A stretch of 64,000 nt of DNA from a virus, in the IMG/VR virus record IMGVR_UViG_3300027806_000001, positions 119,469 through 183,468 of that record, one strand, 5' to 3'. A program made the translations under genes and the position numbers. Below are positions 36,491 to 46,361 of the stretch, one piece after another (the first letter of the stretch is position 1; every line of letters starts with the position of its first letter). Under the pieces are notes generated by a model. It made no database searches, had not been told where the DNA came from, and worked only from the letters and a program-made list of their open reading frames with translations.

Positions 36491-36775
36491 TCACGCGCCA
36501 CCCCCTTCCTTCTTGGCGAAGCAGTTCCAGCCGTTCACCTCAGCCACGTGCTCCGGCTTGACGGGCTCCGTACGAGGCTGGGGGTTGTGCTCGTTCTCGA
36601 TCTCGGCGATGATCTCGCAGGCGGTCCGAAGGTGTGCGGTGCGCTCGGCCAGCTCGGCCTGCAGGCGCTTCATCTCGTCCGCGTACCTTCGCAGGGCCAT
36701 GGCCAGAGGGTAGACGCTCTCCGCGGCGACAGCCCACGCCTGCATCTGGGCAATCATCTCTTTGTCCTTGCTCAT
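36491..36775 (-). CDS. Coiled-coil hypothetical protein
   Basis: ATGA overlap with clpS; AAGGAG RBS. Confidence 0.65.
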   Translation of the reverse strand: MSKDKEMIAQMQAWAVAAESVYPLAMALRRYADEMKRLQAELAERTAHLRTACEIIAEIENEHNPQPRTEPVKPEHVAEVNGWNCFAKKEGGGA

Positions 36776-37077
36776 TGCTCCTTGCCTCCTTCTTCCTCAG
36801 GTTCCACGGTCACGGCAAGTCCCTCGGCCTGCAGCCGCTCCGAGATCAGCTCGGCGAACTCCAGGTGCGTGACCTTGACGGTCCTCTTGCCGAACAGGTG
36901 GGTCTCGATGGCCAGGTCCGTCGCCGCGTTGACGTCCAGCCCCAGGACCTCCATCAGGGCGGCCTCGACCTCGTCGAAGGTGTGCTCCTGGTCGTTGTGC
37001 AGGACGACGCGATACTTGCGCAGCTCCGAGGACCTGGCCTGGGGGCTGCCCTTCTTTCCCTTCCGGGGTGTCTTCAT
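36772..37077 (-). CDS. clpS: ClpS N-degron adaptor
   Basis: YRVVLHNDQEHTFDEV..AL..V...A...IETHLFG...V...E.AE...L...GL.VTVEP. Confidence 0.88.
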   Translation of the reverse strand: MKTPRKGKKGSPQARSSELRKYRVVLHNDQEHTFDEVEAALMEVLGLDVNAATDLAIETHLFGKRTVKVTHLEFAELISERLQAEGLAVTVEPEEEGGKEQ

Positions 37078-37080
37078 GTC

Positions 37081-37521
37081 TCAGCCTTTCTTGAGGTCTT
37101 TCAGCAGGCCCAGCAGCTCGTCGAGCCTGTCCAGCACCATCTCGTGCTTCTCGTCGATCTGGTCTATGCGCAGGTTGAGCCGCTCCATCTCGCAGGTCAG
37201 GCTGATTCCTCCGCGTTCGGCGCCGTCTTCAGGACTCTGTACGACCAGGTCGCGGGCCACGATCGTGCAGACCTGGTCTTTGACATTCATGCCGACGTCG
37301 ACCGAGTCTTTTGTATAAGTCGCCGTCGCCCAGTTGACGCCTGCGTCGGTGCAGACAAGCGTCTGCCCCGGCTGCCCACATTGCGGCAGCGTGAACGGTA
37401 CAGTGACATCGAGGCCGACGTTCGACAGCGTGACGCCGTACGAATCCTGCAATCCAGACTTGCCGGAGATCCAGGGGTCATCGCACTCGGGTTGTGGACT
37501 GGCATCCTCAGAGTCGACCAT
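37081..37521 (-). CDS. Hypothetical protein (fibre-like N-terminus, coiled-coil C-terminus)
   Basis: GGAGG RBS; lower GC than neighbours. Confidence 0.55.
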   Translation of the reverse strand: MVDSEDASPQPECDDPWISGKSGLQDSYGVTLSNVGLDVTVPFTLPQCGQPGQTLVCTDAGVNWATATYTKDSVDVGMNVKDQVCTIVARDLVVQSPEDGAERGGISLTCEMERLNLRIDQIDEKHEMVLDRLDELLGLLKDLKKG

Positions 37522-37537
37522 CGCGCACCTCCCTTGA

Positions 37538-38632
37538 TCATTGCGGCGCGCCGGAACGTCCCAGCGCATCCTCGATCATACCAAGCAAGGTGTCGGAGTC
37601 AAGGCTCGCGGCGTCCTTTCCTTCCGGCAGCAGCACCGTGGTGCAGCCCCCTGCGACCTGCTTTCGGAGTCGCTCGATGCAGCCGTAGATCCGGCCGTTG
37701 GCCGCGGCCTCGGACTCGATCAGGAAGACGATCCGGCCGTCCTTGAACCGGGCGGCCAGCAGCTCCTCCTGCATGGGCCTGGGGTACATGCCGAAGGTCG
37801 AGACGCCGGCCGCCCCGCAGGCGATCGCCGACAGGGTGCCCTCGGAGACCAGGCAGAAGGATCCGCCCGAGAACGCCGCGGCCTCGTCCAGCCGGTACAC
37901 GGTCGTGCCGGTGGCGTACCCCGGCGCGTTCAGGTACTTCCTGATGACCTGCTTGCCGGTGACGGGGTCCTTAGGGATCTCGCCCACGTACCTGGCCAGC
38001 CATCCGTGCCACGCGCCCTGCTGGATGTTGGGGATGATGATTCGGTTCTCGGGAGTGACCAGGTGCCAGTTGCCGGCGCCGTCCTGGATGCTCCTCTTCC
38101 ACGGGCTGCGGCTGCAGTAGACGAACCCGTACTCGTCGGACAGCAGGTCCAGGTCGAACCCTCGGCCGGCCAGGTACTGCGCCGCCGGATGGTCCGACGG
38201 CAGTCCGTTGACCGGGGTCAGGTCCTGCGGGTCGCCCGGCAGGTCCATCCGGTGGTGCGCGCCGGAACGGGCCTCCTGCAGGGCGTGCTCCTGCAGCCGG
38301 GGACCGCCCCTCAGGATGTCGAACAGGTCGACCTTGCAGTCCTCGTTCCAGCACTTCGTGCAGGAGAAGACCCGCCGGTTGGCCTTGGTGCAGAACACGC
38401 CCCACATGTGGCCGACGTAGAACCGGCCGCGCGTGTCCCCGCACTCCGGGCAGTTGACCGAGTAGGTCTCGCCCCAGTCCCTCCACTCGATGAAGCCGCG
38501 GGGCCTGTCCGCGGCGTACGAGTCCAGGTCGATCCGGATCTCGTACGCCGCGGGGGACCCGGGATTGGTGACGTGCACGTGGCCGAAGCAGTTGCCGAGG
38601 GCCTCGCGCAGGTCGGGGTTCAGGTAGGTCAT
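37538..38632 (-). CDS. DnaG-like primase (zinc finger plus TOPRIM) with degenerate acidic motifs
   Basis: CPECGDTRGRFYV...CTKC zinc finger; RIIIPN; KYLN; LVSEGTLSA; FLIESE; GKDAA; ATGA-coupled to DnaB. Confidence 0.8.
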   Translation of the reverse strand: MTYLNPDLREALGNCFGHVHVTNPGSPAAYEIRIDLDSYAADRPRGFIEWRDWGETYSVNCPECGDTRGRFYVGHMWGVFCTKANRRVFSCTKCWNEDCKVDLFDILRGGPRLQEHALQEARSGAHHRMDLPGDPQDLTPVNGLPSDHPAAQYLAGRGFDLDLLSDEYGFVYCSRSPWKRSIQDGAGNWHLVTPENRIIIPNIQQGAWHGWLARYVGEIPKDPVTGKQVIRKYLNAPGYATGTTVYRLDEAAAFSGGSFCLVSEGTLSAIACGAAGVSTFGMYPRPMQEELLAARFKDGRIVFLIESEAAANGRIYGCIERLRKQVAGGCTTVLLPEGKDAASLDSDTLLGMIEDALGRSGAPQ

Positions 38633-40068
38633 CCCAGGTTGCTCCTCACCACGTCGTCGTACCACGGCGCCTCGGCCTTCGGGGCCCTGGACCGGGATCC
38701 CTCGACCTTCATGGTCTCCGTGTTGATGTCCCTCTCGTCGACGGTGCGCCACACCGAGTGGGCGCCGTCCATCTGGATCAGCATGTCCCTGAAGGGCTCG
38801 CCGTTGCGGATCTTCGGGGCGTTGATCCAGGCCAGGTGGCTCTCCTTGTCGCGGTTGCCGACGCAGATCACGGTGTCCATGTAGTGGTGCAGGGTCCTGC
38901 ACATGAACGCGTCCGTGGGCTGCGGCTTGTTGCGGGGACCCTTGGCCGAGGCCTCGGTGCCCAGCTGGTGGAACAGGAACATGTTGACCTTGAGGGCGTC
39001 CCCGGTCTTGCGGAGGTCGTCGGCGATGCGGTTCATCGTCTTCGTGGTCTCCGCCTCCGGGATGTTCCTGGCGGCCATGAAGTTGTTGGTCATGGGGCCC
39101 AGCCAGTCGATGCCGATGTACTCGGGGTTGAACCCGTCGTCCTGCGACCGCTTGACGATGTCCGCGATCTCGGCGGCCCCTCCGCAGCCGCCTCCGTGGG
39201 TCCTGGCGGCCTCGAGCTGGTCGACGATCCGGATGCGGCCCCTGAGCTTGCCCTTGATCTCGTCGTACTTCGCGCGCATGGCGCCGTCGGCTCCGAACTC
39301 GCCCGGGCCTATGCCCTGGAACGCGCCGACGGCGTAGCCCATGGCGCAGGCGTAGATGCGGTTCGTGATGCCCGGGGTGGCCCCCTGCTCGTACGTGATG
39401 ATCAGGCTCTTCCGGCCGATCAGGGCCGTCGTGGTCGCGATCTGCACGTTGGTCAGGGTCTTGCCGCCGCCGGACGGGGCGAGGAACAGCGCGGTCTCGC
39501 CTGGGATCGCCCCGCCGCTGGTCACCCTGTCGATGTAGTCCACGCCCCACGGGGTGCGCTTCAGCGCGGACAGCAGCGGCTCGTCCCCGGCGAACGGGTC
39601 GATGAAGGCCGCCTTGCTGATCGACGCCTTGGCGATCTCCCGGTTCAGGTCCGAGATCTGCCCGATCAGGTCCGGGCTGTCCGACAGCGCCGTGGCCATG
39701 GGCCGGATCTTCCTGTCCAGTATGAACCTGGCCAGGCAGTCCAGCACGTGGCCCTGGAGGTCGTCCAGCGGGCCCTGGTGGTCGAAGTAGACCCACCTGA
39801 CCAGGTCGCAGAAGGCCATGGCGTCGTCCTCCCTCACCGAGCCCGACATCACGAAGTCGTTCTCGAAGGTCGAGACCAGCACCTGGTACGGCATCTCCTT
39901 CGCGCAGGACAGGTGCCACTTCTTGCCCATGACGAACGACAGCCTCAGGGCCACCTCGGGGCGCAGGAAGTCCTTCTCGTCCAGCTTCTGCATGGCCGTG
40001 GCCATGACCTCCGGCATCCTCAGGAAACCGAGGGCCAGCCATCTGACGTCAAGATTCGCGGTGTTCAC
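38629..40068 (-). CDS. dnaB: DnaB-like replicative helicase
   Basis: Walker A APSGGGKT, ITYEQ, Walker B IGIDWL, LFHQL, KIRNG. Confidence 0.9.
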   Translation of the reverse strand: MNTANLDVRWLALGFLRMPEVMATAMQKLDEKDFLRPEVALRLSFVMGKKWHLSCAKEMPYQVLVSTFENDFVMSGSVREDDAMAFCDLVRWVYFDHQGPLDDLQGHVLDCLARFILDRKIRPMATALSDSPDLIGQISDLNREIAKASISKAAFIDPFAGDEPLLSALKRTPWGVDYIDRVTSGGAIPGETALFLAPSGGGKTLTNVQIATTTALIGRKSLIITYEQGATPGITNRIYACAMGYAVGAFQGIGPGEFGADGAMRAKYDEIKGKLRGRIRIVDQLEAARTHGGGCGGAAEIADIVKRSQDDGFNPEYIGIDWLGPMTNNFMAARNIPEAETTKTMNRIADDLRKTGDALKVNMFLFHQLGTEASAKGPRNKPQPTDAFMCRTLHHYMDTVICVGNRDKESHLAWINAPKIRNGEPFRDMLIQMDGAHSVWRTVDERDINTETMKVEGSRSRAPKAEAPWYDDVVRSNLG

Positions 40069-40633
40069 GCCTTGCTCCTTCGAATACCTCCGGGGGAACC
40101 ACTTCCGAGAAACAGGCCTGGTAGACCGGGTTCCAGTACGCCTGCCTGCGCGCCTGCACGAGCACCTCCGGCGGCAGCTCCCCGGTCCTGCCGGAGAGCG
40201 ACGCCATCGAGTACACGAACACCGGATCGAAGCAGTGCACAGGATCCAGCAGCGCGCGCAGCTGGTCCTCGCCGGCCGAGACGAGGAGGTCCAGCTTGGA
40301 GGACATGAGGGCCAGGGCCTGCGCCACCTGCAGCCGGCGCACGTCCGGGGCGCCCTCGGCCCCGTACTTGTCGAGCATCTTCTCGTCGGCGAACTTGGCC
40401 GGGGTCGGGTACCCCGGGAACTCGACGTGGAACCTCCACTCGACGTAGCACCGCGGGTCGAACCCCCTGACCCTGCAGTGCGCCGCCACCTTCCTCCAGT
40501 GGGGGTCCGTCTTGACGGATCCCAGCGAGGCGTGCAGGTCGACCGGGTCCCGGGTGACCCGGACCTTGCACTTCCCGAAGACCTCCTTCAGCAGCCTCAG
40601 GCCTGCCTCAGGTCTATCTCGACGGTCGTCCAT
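40049..40633 (-). CDS. Hypothetical protein between SF2 helicase and DnaB (possible loader)
   Basis: Position only; GAGGAG RBS before MDDRRDRP. Confidence 0.55.
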   Translation of the reverse strand: MDDRRDRPEAGLRLLKEVFGKCKVRVTRDPVDLHASLGSVKTDPHWRKVAAHCRVRGFDPRCYVEWRFHVEFPGYPTPAKFADEKMLDKYGAEGAPDVRRLQVAQALALMSSKLDLLVSAGEDQLRALLDPVHCFDPVFVYSMASLSGRTGELPPEVLVQARRQAYWNPVYQACFSEVVPPEVFEGARREHRES

Positions 40634-42069
40634 TTCTTCTCCTCGTAGCGCTTGAACCTGCTGCGGGACCTGGAGGCCGTCCAGGCGTCGAACCGGTCGG
40701 CGAAGTCTACCTGGATGCCCTTGGACTTGCCGTCGGCGATGCGGCACACGCGGCCCGGCATCTGGGTGTCCTTGATCGGGCTGTTGCCTCCGTCGGCCCG
40801 GACGAGGACCTGGAGCTGCGGGAAGTCCACGCCGGTCGACCAGATGCCAGTGGCGATGGCCCGGCGCACCTTGCCGGAGCTGAAGTCCTGCCGGATGCGC
40901 TCGACCTCCTTGCGGCTGACGGGCTTGCCGTCCGGCAGCAGGCCCTGGTCCTGGAAGTACTTGGCGTTCTCGGCGTCGACCTCGCCGTACACGGCCTTGA
41001 AGTCGGGCAGGAGCTGGGCCAGCCTCAGCGCGTGCTCGACCTTGTCCACCAGGATCAGGATCTGCGGATCGGGATCCGAGAGCCTGGCCGGCACCTCCTC
41101 CTGGACCACCCTGGCGATCGCCGTGTTGCGGGCGACGTTGTTCCAGTAGGCCAGCCGCATCCTGCGCACGTCGGACTTGATGCCGCGCATGGCGTCGGCA
41201 GGGGTGCAGCCCCAGTCCACCCGCCAGACCTCGATCGGGACCACCAGGCCCAGGTCGACGCCCTCCTGGTAGTCCACCTTGCAGACCTTGGTGCCGAAGT
41301 AGGCCTCCATGGCGAGCTTGGTGTTGTCCAGGCGCTGGTCCGGCGATGCGGAGTAGCTGATCAGCTTGCAGCCGCCGAACAGCGGGTAGTAGTCCAGGAA
41401 GCTGGGAGTCAGCAGCTCGTGCACCTCGTCCAGCTGCACGAAGTCGAACTTGTCCAGCTCCAGGCCGCCCAGGGATCCGGACGTGCAGACCATCGGATTG
41501 CCCTGGACGTGCTTGTCCGAGTTCCACACGCCGGCCTGGGGGTGGTTGGCCTTGAGCCGCTGGTGCAGCATGTTGGCCACGGACTTGGACTTGGTCACGA
41601 TCAGGTGGCGCGCCTTGGGGTAGAGCGACACCAGCCTGTCGATGACCACGCCCTTGCCGAAGCCGGTGAGGGCCTCGACGATGCCGTTGTCGGCCTGGAC
41701 GATCGCGTCGATGACCTCCTGCTGGCCGGGCCGGAGCCCGGCCAGGTTCCTGGTCGACGGGACCTGCAGGGCCGAGCACGGCTTGCGCAGGTCGTGCAGG
41801 GCGGGGGCGAACCCGGCCTGCGTCAGCAGGGACATGCACCTTTCCTGCAGGCCGCATGGGAAGTACAGCAGCCCGTTGTCCTCGGCGAACAGCTTCACCT
41901 CGTGCTGCACGAACCGCGGCGCCCTGCCCGGCTTGCGCTCCTGGGTGGAGTGCATGTACCGGAACTTCTCCCTCAGGATGGCGCAGTGCGGGCCGTCCGG
42001 CGTCCGCAGGAACCGCGCGATCCTCTCGATCCTCACCGCATTGCCTTGGCTTGAACTCGACATTTCCAC
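40597..42069 (-). CDS. Superfamily 2 DNA helicase (UvsW/XPB-like)
   Basis: LRPGQQE Q-motif, LTGFGKG, DEVH, SASP, STGVDFP, QMPGRVCR. Confidence 0.9.
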   Translation of the reverse strand: MEMSSSSQGNAVRIERIARFLRTPDGPHCAILREKFRYMHSTQERKPGRAPRFVQHEVKLFAEDNGLLYFPCGLQERCMSLLTQAGFAPALHDLRKPCSALQVPSTRNLAGLRPGQQEVIDAIVQADNGIVEALTGFGKGVVIDRLVSLYPKARHLIVTKSKSVANMLHQRLKANHPQAGVWNSDKHVQGNPMVCTSGSLGGLELDKFDFVQLDEVHELLTPSFLDYYPLFGGCKLISYSASPDQRLDNTKLAMEAYFGTKVCKVDYQEGVDLGLVVPIEVWRVDWGCTPADAMRGIKSDVRRMRLAYWNNVARNTAIARVVQEEVPARLSDPDPQILILVDKVEHALRLAQLLPDFKAVYGEVDAENAKYFQDQGLLPDGKPVSRKEVERIRQDFSSGKVRRAIATGIWSTGVDFPQLQVLVRADGGNSPIKDTQMPGRVCRIADGKSKGIQVDFADRFDAWTASRSRSRFKRYEEKKWTTVEIDLRQA

Positions 42070-42079
42070 TCCTTGTTCG

Positions 42080-42418
42080 TCATTTCAGCGTGAAGAGCAC
42101 GTCGTCCACCGCGGAGAGGTCCAGCAGCGTCGTCCTGAGCTGCTGGACCTCCTTGAACGGCTCGAACGGCTCGTCCTCGTACGTGATCAGGCTCCACAGC
42201 CTGCGGCGCTCCAGGTGCTGCCTGAGCTGGGACGACGTGTTGTCTCCGACGAAGCGGTTTACGGCTGTCGCGACCCGCTCCAGCTCGAACTTGTCCAGGT
42301 CCTGCGGAAACATCGCAAAGGGAAGGCTGATGGCCCGGATGAGCTCCCTCTCGTCCCTGGTGAGCTTCACGACGATCCGTCTCCTGGAACGGAACACCCT
42401 GCGGCGCAGCGAGGTCAT
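42080..42418 (-). CDS. Hypothetical protein (112 aa)
   Basis: AGGAGG RBS; ATGA overlap. Confidence 0.65.
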   Translation of the reverse strand: MTSLRRRVFRSRRRIVVKLTRDERELIRAISLPFAMFPQDLDKFELERVATAVNRFVGDNTSSQLRQHLERRRLWSLITYEDEPFEPFKEVQQLRTTLLDLSAVDDVLFTLK

Positions 42419-42639
42419 GTCGCCGGCCTCCTGATCGGCTTGCATATCTCCGCCTTCACGGTGGCCTTGCCGTCGTGCCACTGGACCGCGATGCGGGTGT
42501 GGTCGGCCTCGTAGCGGACCGAAAGGGACTCGATCGGCACCGGCTCGCCGTTCGAGAGCCGGGTCTGCAGCAGGGCGGCATGTATCTGCAGCTCCAGCAG
42601 GATGTAGGACAGCGTCGGCAGACTGTCGCACGTGCTCAT
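42415..42639 (-). CDS. Hypothetical protein (74 aa)
   Basis: ATGA overlap with the sbcC stop; GGAGGG RBS. Confidence 0.6.
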   Translation of the reverse strand: MSTCDSLPTLSYILLELQIHAALLQTRLSNGEPVPIESLSVRYEADHTRIAVQWHDGKATVKAEICKPIRRPAT

Positions 42640-44810
42640 GATCCCTCCAGCTCGATGTGGCGGCAGCCGTGGGCGGCCAGCGCCGGACTGTGCGTGATGA
42701 CGATGAACTGGCGGCCGGACGCCTGGCCCAGCCTGGCCAGGTAGCTGAACGCCTCCGCCAGGTCCCTCGAGTTCGACTCCTGCATGGCTCCAGACGGCTC
42801 GTCCAGGGCGAGGACGCCCAGGGTGCTGGCGAAGACGTCGTTGACCGCCAGGAGGTAGCAGACGCTGGCCTGCTGCTTCTGGCCGCCGGAGAGGCGCTTC
42901 GCCGAGTGGACCAGGCCGTCGTTCTTCCTCGCCATGAACTCCAGGCTCTCGTCGATGTAGGCGGTGAAGTCCGCCCGCACCGTCTGCAGGTAGAAGTCCA
43001 GCCGCTCGTTCAGCGCCTGGATGTACTGCATGGAGAGGATCCTCGGCAAGGCGTCCTTGGCCAGGGCGGTGCCCGCCAGGGACAGGACCTGCCTGAACCT
43101 GATGGTCGGCTCGACCGCGGCCTTGCGCTGCTCCTGTACGAGCACCTTGGCCTCGGCCCGCTCCACGGAGGTCTTCAGCTGCTGCAGGACGCCCTTGAGC
43201 CGGATGGCGTCGGCCGCCACCGCATCGGAGTCCTGGCGCGCCTTGAGCAGCCTGGCGTGCTCGTGAGGATCGAACCTGACGTCCGGGATATCGTCCAGCT
43301 TGTCCTGGAGGTCGGCCTGCACCGTCTCGGAGTCGGTCAGGTGGTCCCTCAGGGACGAGATGCCGGACTCCGCCGCCGAGATGCTCCGCAGCAGCATGTC
43401 GTGCAGCCGGGCCCGCTCGGCCAGCTGGGTCTTGATCTGAGGGGTCATGGGGGCGGGCACGCCCACCTCGTCCAGCTCGGCCTGGATCCTGTTGGCCTCC
43501 TCCAGGGCCTTGGCCGCCTTGGCGGAGTAGGAGGCCGAAGCCGAGTCGTGGAGCCGCCAGGCCTCCGCCAGGCCGCGGATCTCCGTCAGCCTGGAGGCCT
43601 CCTCGGCCTTGAGCGCCCGGGATGCCGCCAGCTGGTCGGACATCTCCTGCAGCTGGTCGCCAGGCAGCGCCGTGCTCTGACCGCACTCCGAGCACTGGCC
43701 CTTGGCCGCCAGGGCCACCTTGCGGGCCAGGTCGGCCTCCAGCAGGCGGATGTCCGACAGGCTGTCCAAGCACTGCTGCTCGTCGTCCTTGCTCGGCCTC
43801 TCCTTGGCGGGGGCGACCGGCTCGGCTGCCAGCAGGCCGTCCAGCTCGGCCTGCGACGAGGCGGCCTTGGCCAGCAGGCGGCTCCTGCGCTCGTTGGCCT
43901 GCAGGAGCAGGTCTGCCGAGTACAGGTTGCGCTTGGCCTCCTCGGCCTCCTCGCGGGTCGCCTCCTCCTTGGCACGGTACGAGACCAGGCTGGAGACCTC
44001 GTTCTCAAACCGGGTCTTCAGCTGGGCCTGCCGGGCGGTCTCCTCGCGGATGCGGGAGGCCAGGTCCTTGCGCCGCTGCTCCTGGAGCTGGTCCCGCTGC
44101 ATCTGGTCGAGCCGAGCCCTGATGACGTCGATGTCCAGGGTCTTGAGGGCCTGGAGCGCCTGGTCCAGCTCGCCGCGGCGGCCAGCCTGTTCGCCTAGCA
44201 GGGTGTTGCGCTCATGGATGGCCTCGGCCAGCGGACCCTCGACGTCGGGCACCGTGACGGTCGCCATCAGGTCGCGGACGCCGCACCGGACCTGCTCCAT
44301 CTCGGAAGCCCTGGTCAGGACGTGCAGGGTCTCCTTGAACTTGGCAGGGGTGGCCGAGACGGGAGCCGTGATCGAGTCCTGGTCGACGACCAGGTGCCCG
44401 TCGATGACGGAGGCCGGCAGAGGGATCATCGACTGGGCGCGGTCGAGCGCCTCCTTGGAGCCCTCGACGTCCTCGACCTGGCCCGAGTCGTGCTCGATGC
44501 GCAGGCGGGGAATGCCGAGTCCGGCGAACCGGCGGTCGCCGGCCAGGCACTTGGCGATGTGCAGCACCTTGCTGCCGATGCGCCAGCTGGCCACGAAGTA
44601 CGACAGGTCGCCGGACTCGATGCCCCAGGAGACCCAGCTGGACACGCCGCCGGGAAAGGAGTTGGTGAGGGAGGCCCGGATCATGGTCAGCAGCGTGGAT
44701 TTGCCGCTGCCGATCGGACCGGTGATGACTGTGAGCGAGTCGTCGAACTCGAACTCGAAGTCGCCGCGGAGCAGGCCGACGTTGCGGCCCTTGAGTGAGA
44801 TCAGCTTCAT
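42636..44810 (-). CDS. sbcC: SbcC/Rad50-like SMC ATPase
   Basis: Walker A GPIGSGKST, coiled coils with central CSEC zinc hook, LSGGQ signature, LDEP, ITH. Confidence 0.93.
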   Translation of the reverse strand: MKLISLKGRNVGLLRGDFEFEFDDSLTVITGPIGSGKSTLLTMIRASLTNSFPGGVSSWVSWGIESGDLSYFVASWRIGSKVLHIAKCLAGDRRFAGLGIPRLRIEHDSGQVEDVEGSKEALDRAQSMIPLPASVIDGHLVVDQDSITAPVSATPAKFKETLHVLTRASEMEQVRCGVRDLMATVTVPDVEGPLAEAIHERNTLLGEQAGRRGELDQALQALKTLDIDVIRARLDQMQRDQLQEQRRKDLASRIREETARQAQLKTRFENEVSSLVSYRAKEEATREEAEEAKRNLYSADLLLQANERRSRLLAKAASSQAELDGLLAAEPVAPAKERPSKDDEQQCLDSLSDIRLLEADLARKVALAAKGQCSECGQSTALPGDQLQEMSDQLAASRALKAEEASRLTEIRGLAEAWRLHDSASASYSAKAAKALEEANRIQAELDEVGVPAPMTPQIKTQLAERARLHDMLLRSISAAESGISSLRDHLTDSETVQADLQDKLDDIPDVRFDPHEHARLLKARQDSDAVAADAIRLKGVLQQLKTSVERAEAKVLVQEQRKAAVEPTIRFRQVLSLAGTALAKDALPRILSMQYIQALNERLDFYLQTVRADFTAYIDESLEFMARKNDGLVHSAKRLSGGQKQQASVCYLLAVNDVFASTLGVLALDEPSGAMQESNSRDLAEAFSYLARLGQASGRQFIVITHSPALAAHGCRHIELEGS

Positions 44811-44885
44811 GGTTTTTCTCTGGCGCGAGGAGACAGCAGGGCGGCCCTTTCGGACCGCCCTGCCGCCGTACCCACGCGAAGGGTT

Positions 44886-45131
44886 TCAGATGGAATGGGG
44901 CCGCTGGCGGCCCTTGGAACGGACGGCCACGCCGCACCGGCGCAGCGTCGAGATCACGCAGGTGACGGAGACTCCGTACTTGGCCGCGATGACCTTGGAG
45001 CTGGCGCCGGCAGCGTAGAGCTCGCACACCTCGGCCTGGACGGAACCGAGCTTGTGCGGCGCGCCGCGGCGGCCTGGACTGGGGGATTCCTGGAGCTGGA
45101 CGTCGGAGTTGGTCTGGTTGAGGTCTTCCAT
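44886..45131 (-). CDS. Small helix-turn-helix protein
   Basis: EVCELYAAGASSKVIAAKYGVSVTCVISTLRRCGV. Confidence 0.75.
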   Translation of the reverse strand: MEDLNQTNSDVQLQESPSPGRRGAPHKLGSVQAEVCELYAAGASSKVIAAKYGVSVTCVISTLRRCGVAVRSKGRQRPHSI

Positions 45132-45183
45132 GTCCGGATTGTAGCTCCGGAAAAGCAGCCGTCAACTCATTCCGAAAATTCTT

Positions 45184-46329
45184 TCAGACCAATCCGACCT
45201 TTCGCTTCAGGTCGTCGATCGCGTGATCCAGGCCGGAGTTCACGGCCTGCTCCACGAACTCGGCGGCATCCTTGGCCGCCGGGTCCTGCATATCTAAGAC
45301 CTGGGCCAGCGCCTCGGTCAGGGTGGCCCGTCCGGACGGAGAGCCACCCTGCACGGGCGACTCTCCGTCCGAAGCGGACAGGACCTTGCGGAAGACATGG
45401 GCCTGCTCCTCGAAGTCCTTCAGCGCCGACCGCAGGGCCGGCGTCAGCTCGAGCGGGACGGTCAGGTGCATGCGCGGCAGGACCGGACCCATGAACCTGC
45501 GCATGGCGTCGCAGTCCTCGGGATCGCGGTTCGCCTGCAGCCAGGCCGCAGCCTGCTCCACGTGCTGCTCGTCCAGCAGCATGCCCTGGTAGAAGGGCCT
45601 GCAGCGCAGCGGCCTGCGCTCGACCGACAGGTCGTCGTTGACCACGATGAAGGACTTCTCCTGCGGTTCGCCGAGCCGGTGCATCCACATGGAGCCGCTG
45701 TAGAGGAACCGGGTCCCCTTGGGGCCGGTCCAGTCCCACTCCATGTGGACGTCGCCCATCAGCACGAGCCGGTGGTTGCCGTCGAACCAGGACAGGTCCA
45801 GGTCGCACAGCGGGCCGTCGATGCCGGGCAGGTTGAGCAGCGGCACGGACTGCTGGGCCAGGCCGTGCAGGACCAGGATGTCCGTCTCCGGCAGGGCTCC
45901 GCCCTCCAGCAGGCCCTCCCACTGCTTGCGGGTCCGCCAGTTGTAGCCGGCGATGCTGAAGCCCTGGCCGAAGCCTGCGAAGACCTCGTGGTCGTTCCAG
46001 GCCTCCATGTTCTCGGCGCAGCTGGCGGCCCCTCCCTCGAGGGACAGCCGGCGGAAGCCCCGCTCGTGGTTGCCGTCGACGTACAGGTTGACGTTGCCGG
46101 CGTCCACGTTGCGGCGGAGGATGCGGCGGAGCTCGATGACGTGGGAGTCGCCGATGACCGGAGTGTCGACCTGGTCGCCGCCGAGCACCAGCGGCAGGCC
46201 GTTCCCTGTGCAGTGGTCCACGACCTGGGTCAGGGCGTAGAGGTCGTCTCCGTACAGCTCCCGGACGGCCTTGTAGGCGGATTCGCGGGCCTGGAGGTCC
46301 GCACAGAAGACAAGCATTGGCTTGGGCAT
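45184..46329 (-). CDS. sbcD: SbcD/Mre11-like metallophosphoesterase nuclease
   Basis: ADLQ, GGDQVD, DGNHE, VLHG, GDVH, YSGS motifs; paired with sbcC. Confidence 0.9.
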   Translation of the reverse strand: MPKPMLVFCADLQARESAYKAVRELYGDDLYALTQVVDHCTGNGLPLVLGGDQVDTPVIGDSHVIELRRILRRNVDAGNVNLYVDGNHERGFRRLSLEGGAASCAENMEAWNDHEVFAGFGQGFSIAGYNWRTRKQWEGLLEGGALPETDILVLHGLAQQSVPLLNLPGIDGPLCDLDLSWFDGNHRLVLMGDVHMEWDWTGPKGTRFLYSGSMWMHRLGEPQEKSFIVVNDDLSVERRPLRCRPFYQGMLLDEQHVEQAAAWLQANRDPEDCDAMRRFMGPVLPRMHLTVPLELTPALRSALKDFEEQAHVFRKVLSASDGESPVQGGSPSGRATLTEALAQVLDMQDPAAKDAAEFVEQAVNSGLDHAIDDLKRKVGLV

Positions 46330-46361
46330 TTTCTTCCTCTTTCGATGGGTTGGGGTGCGAG

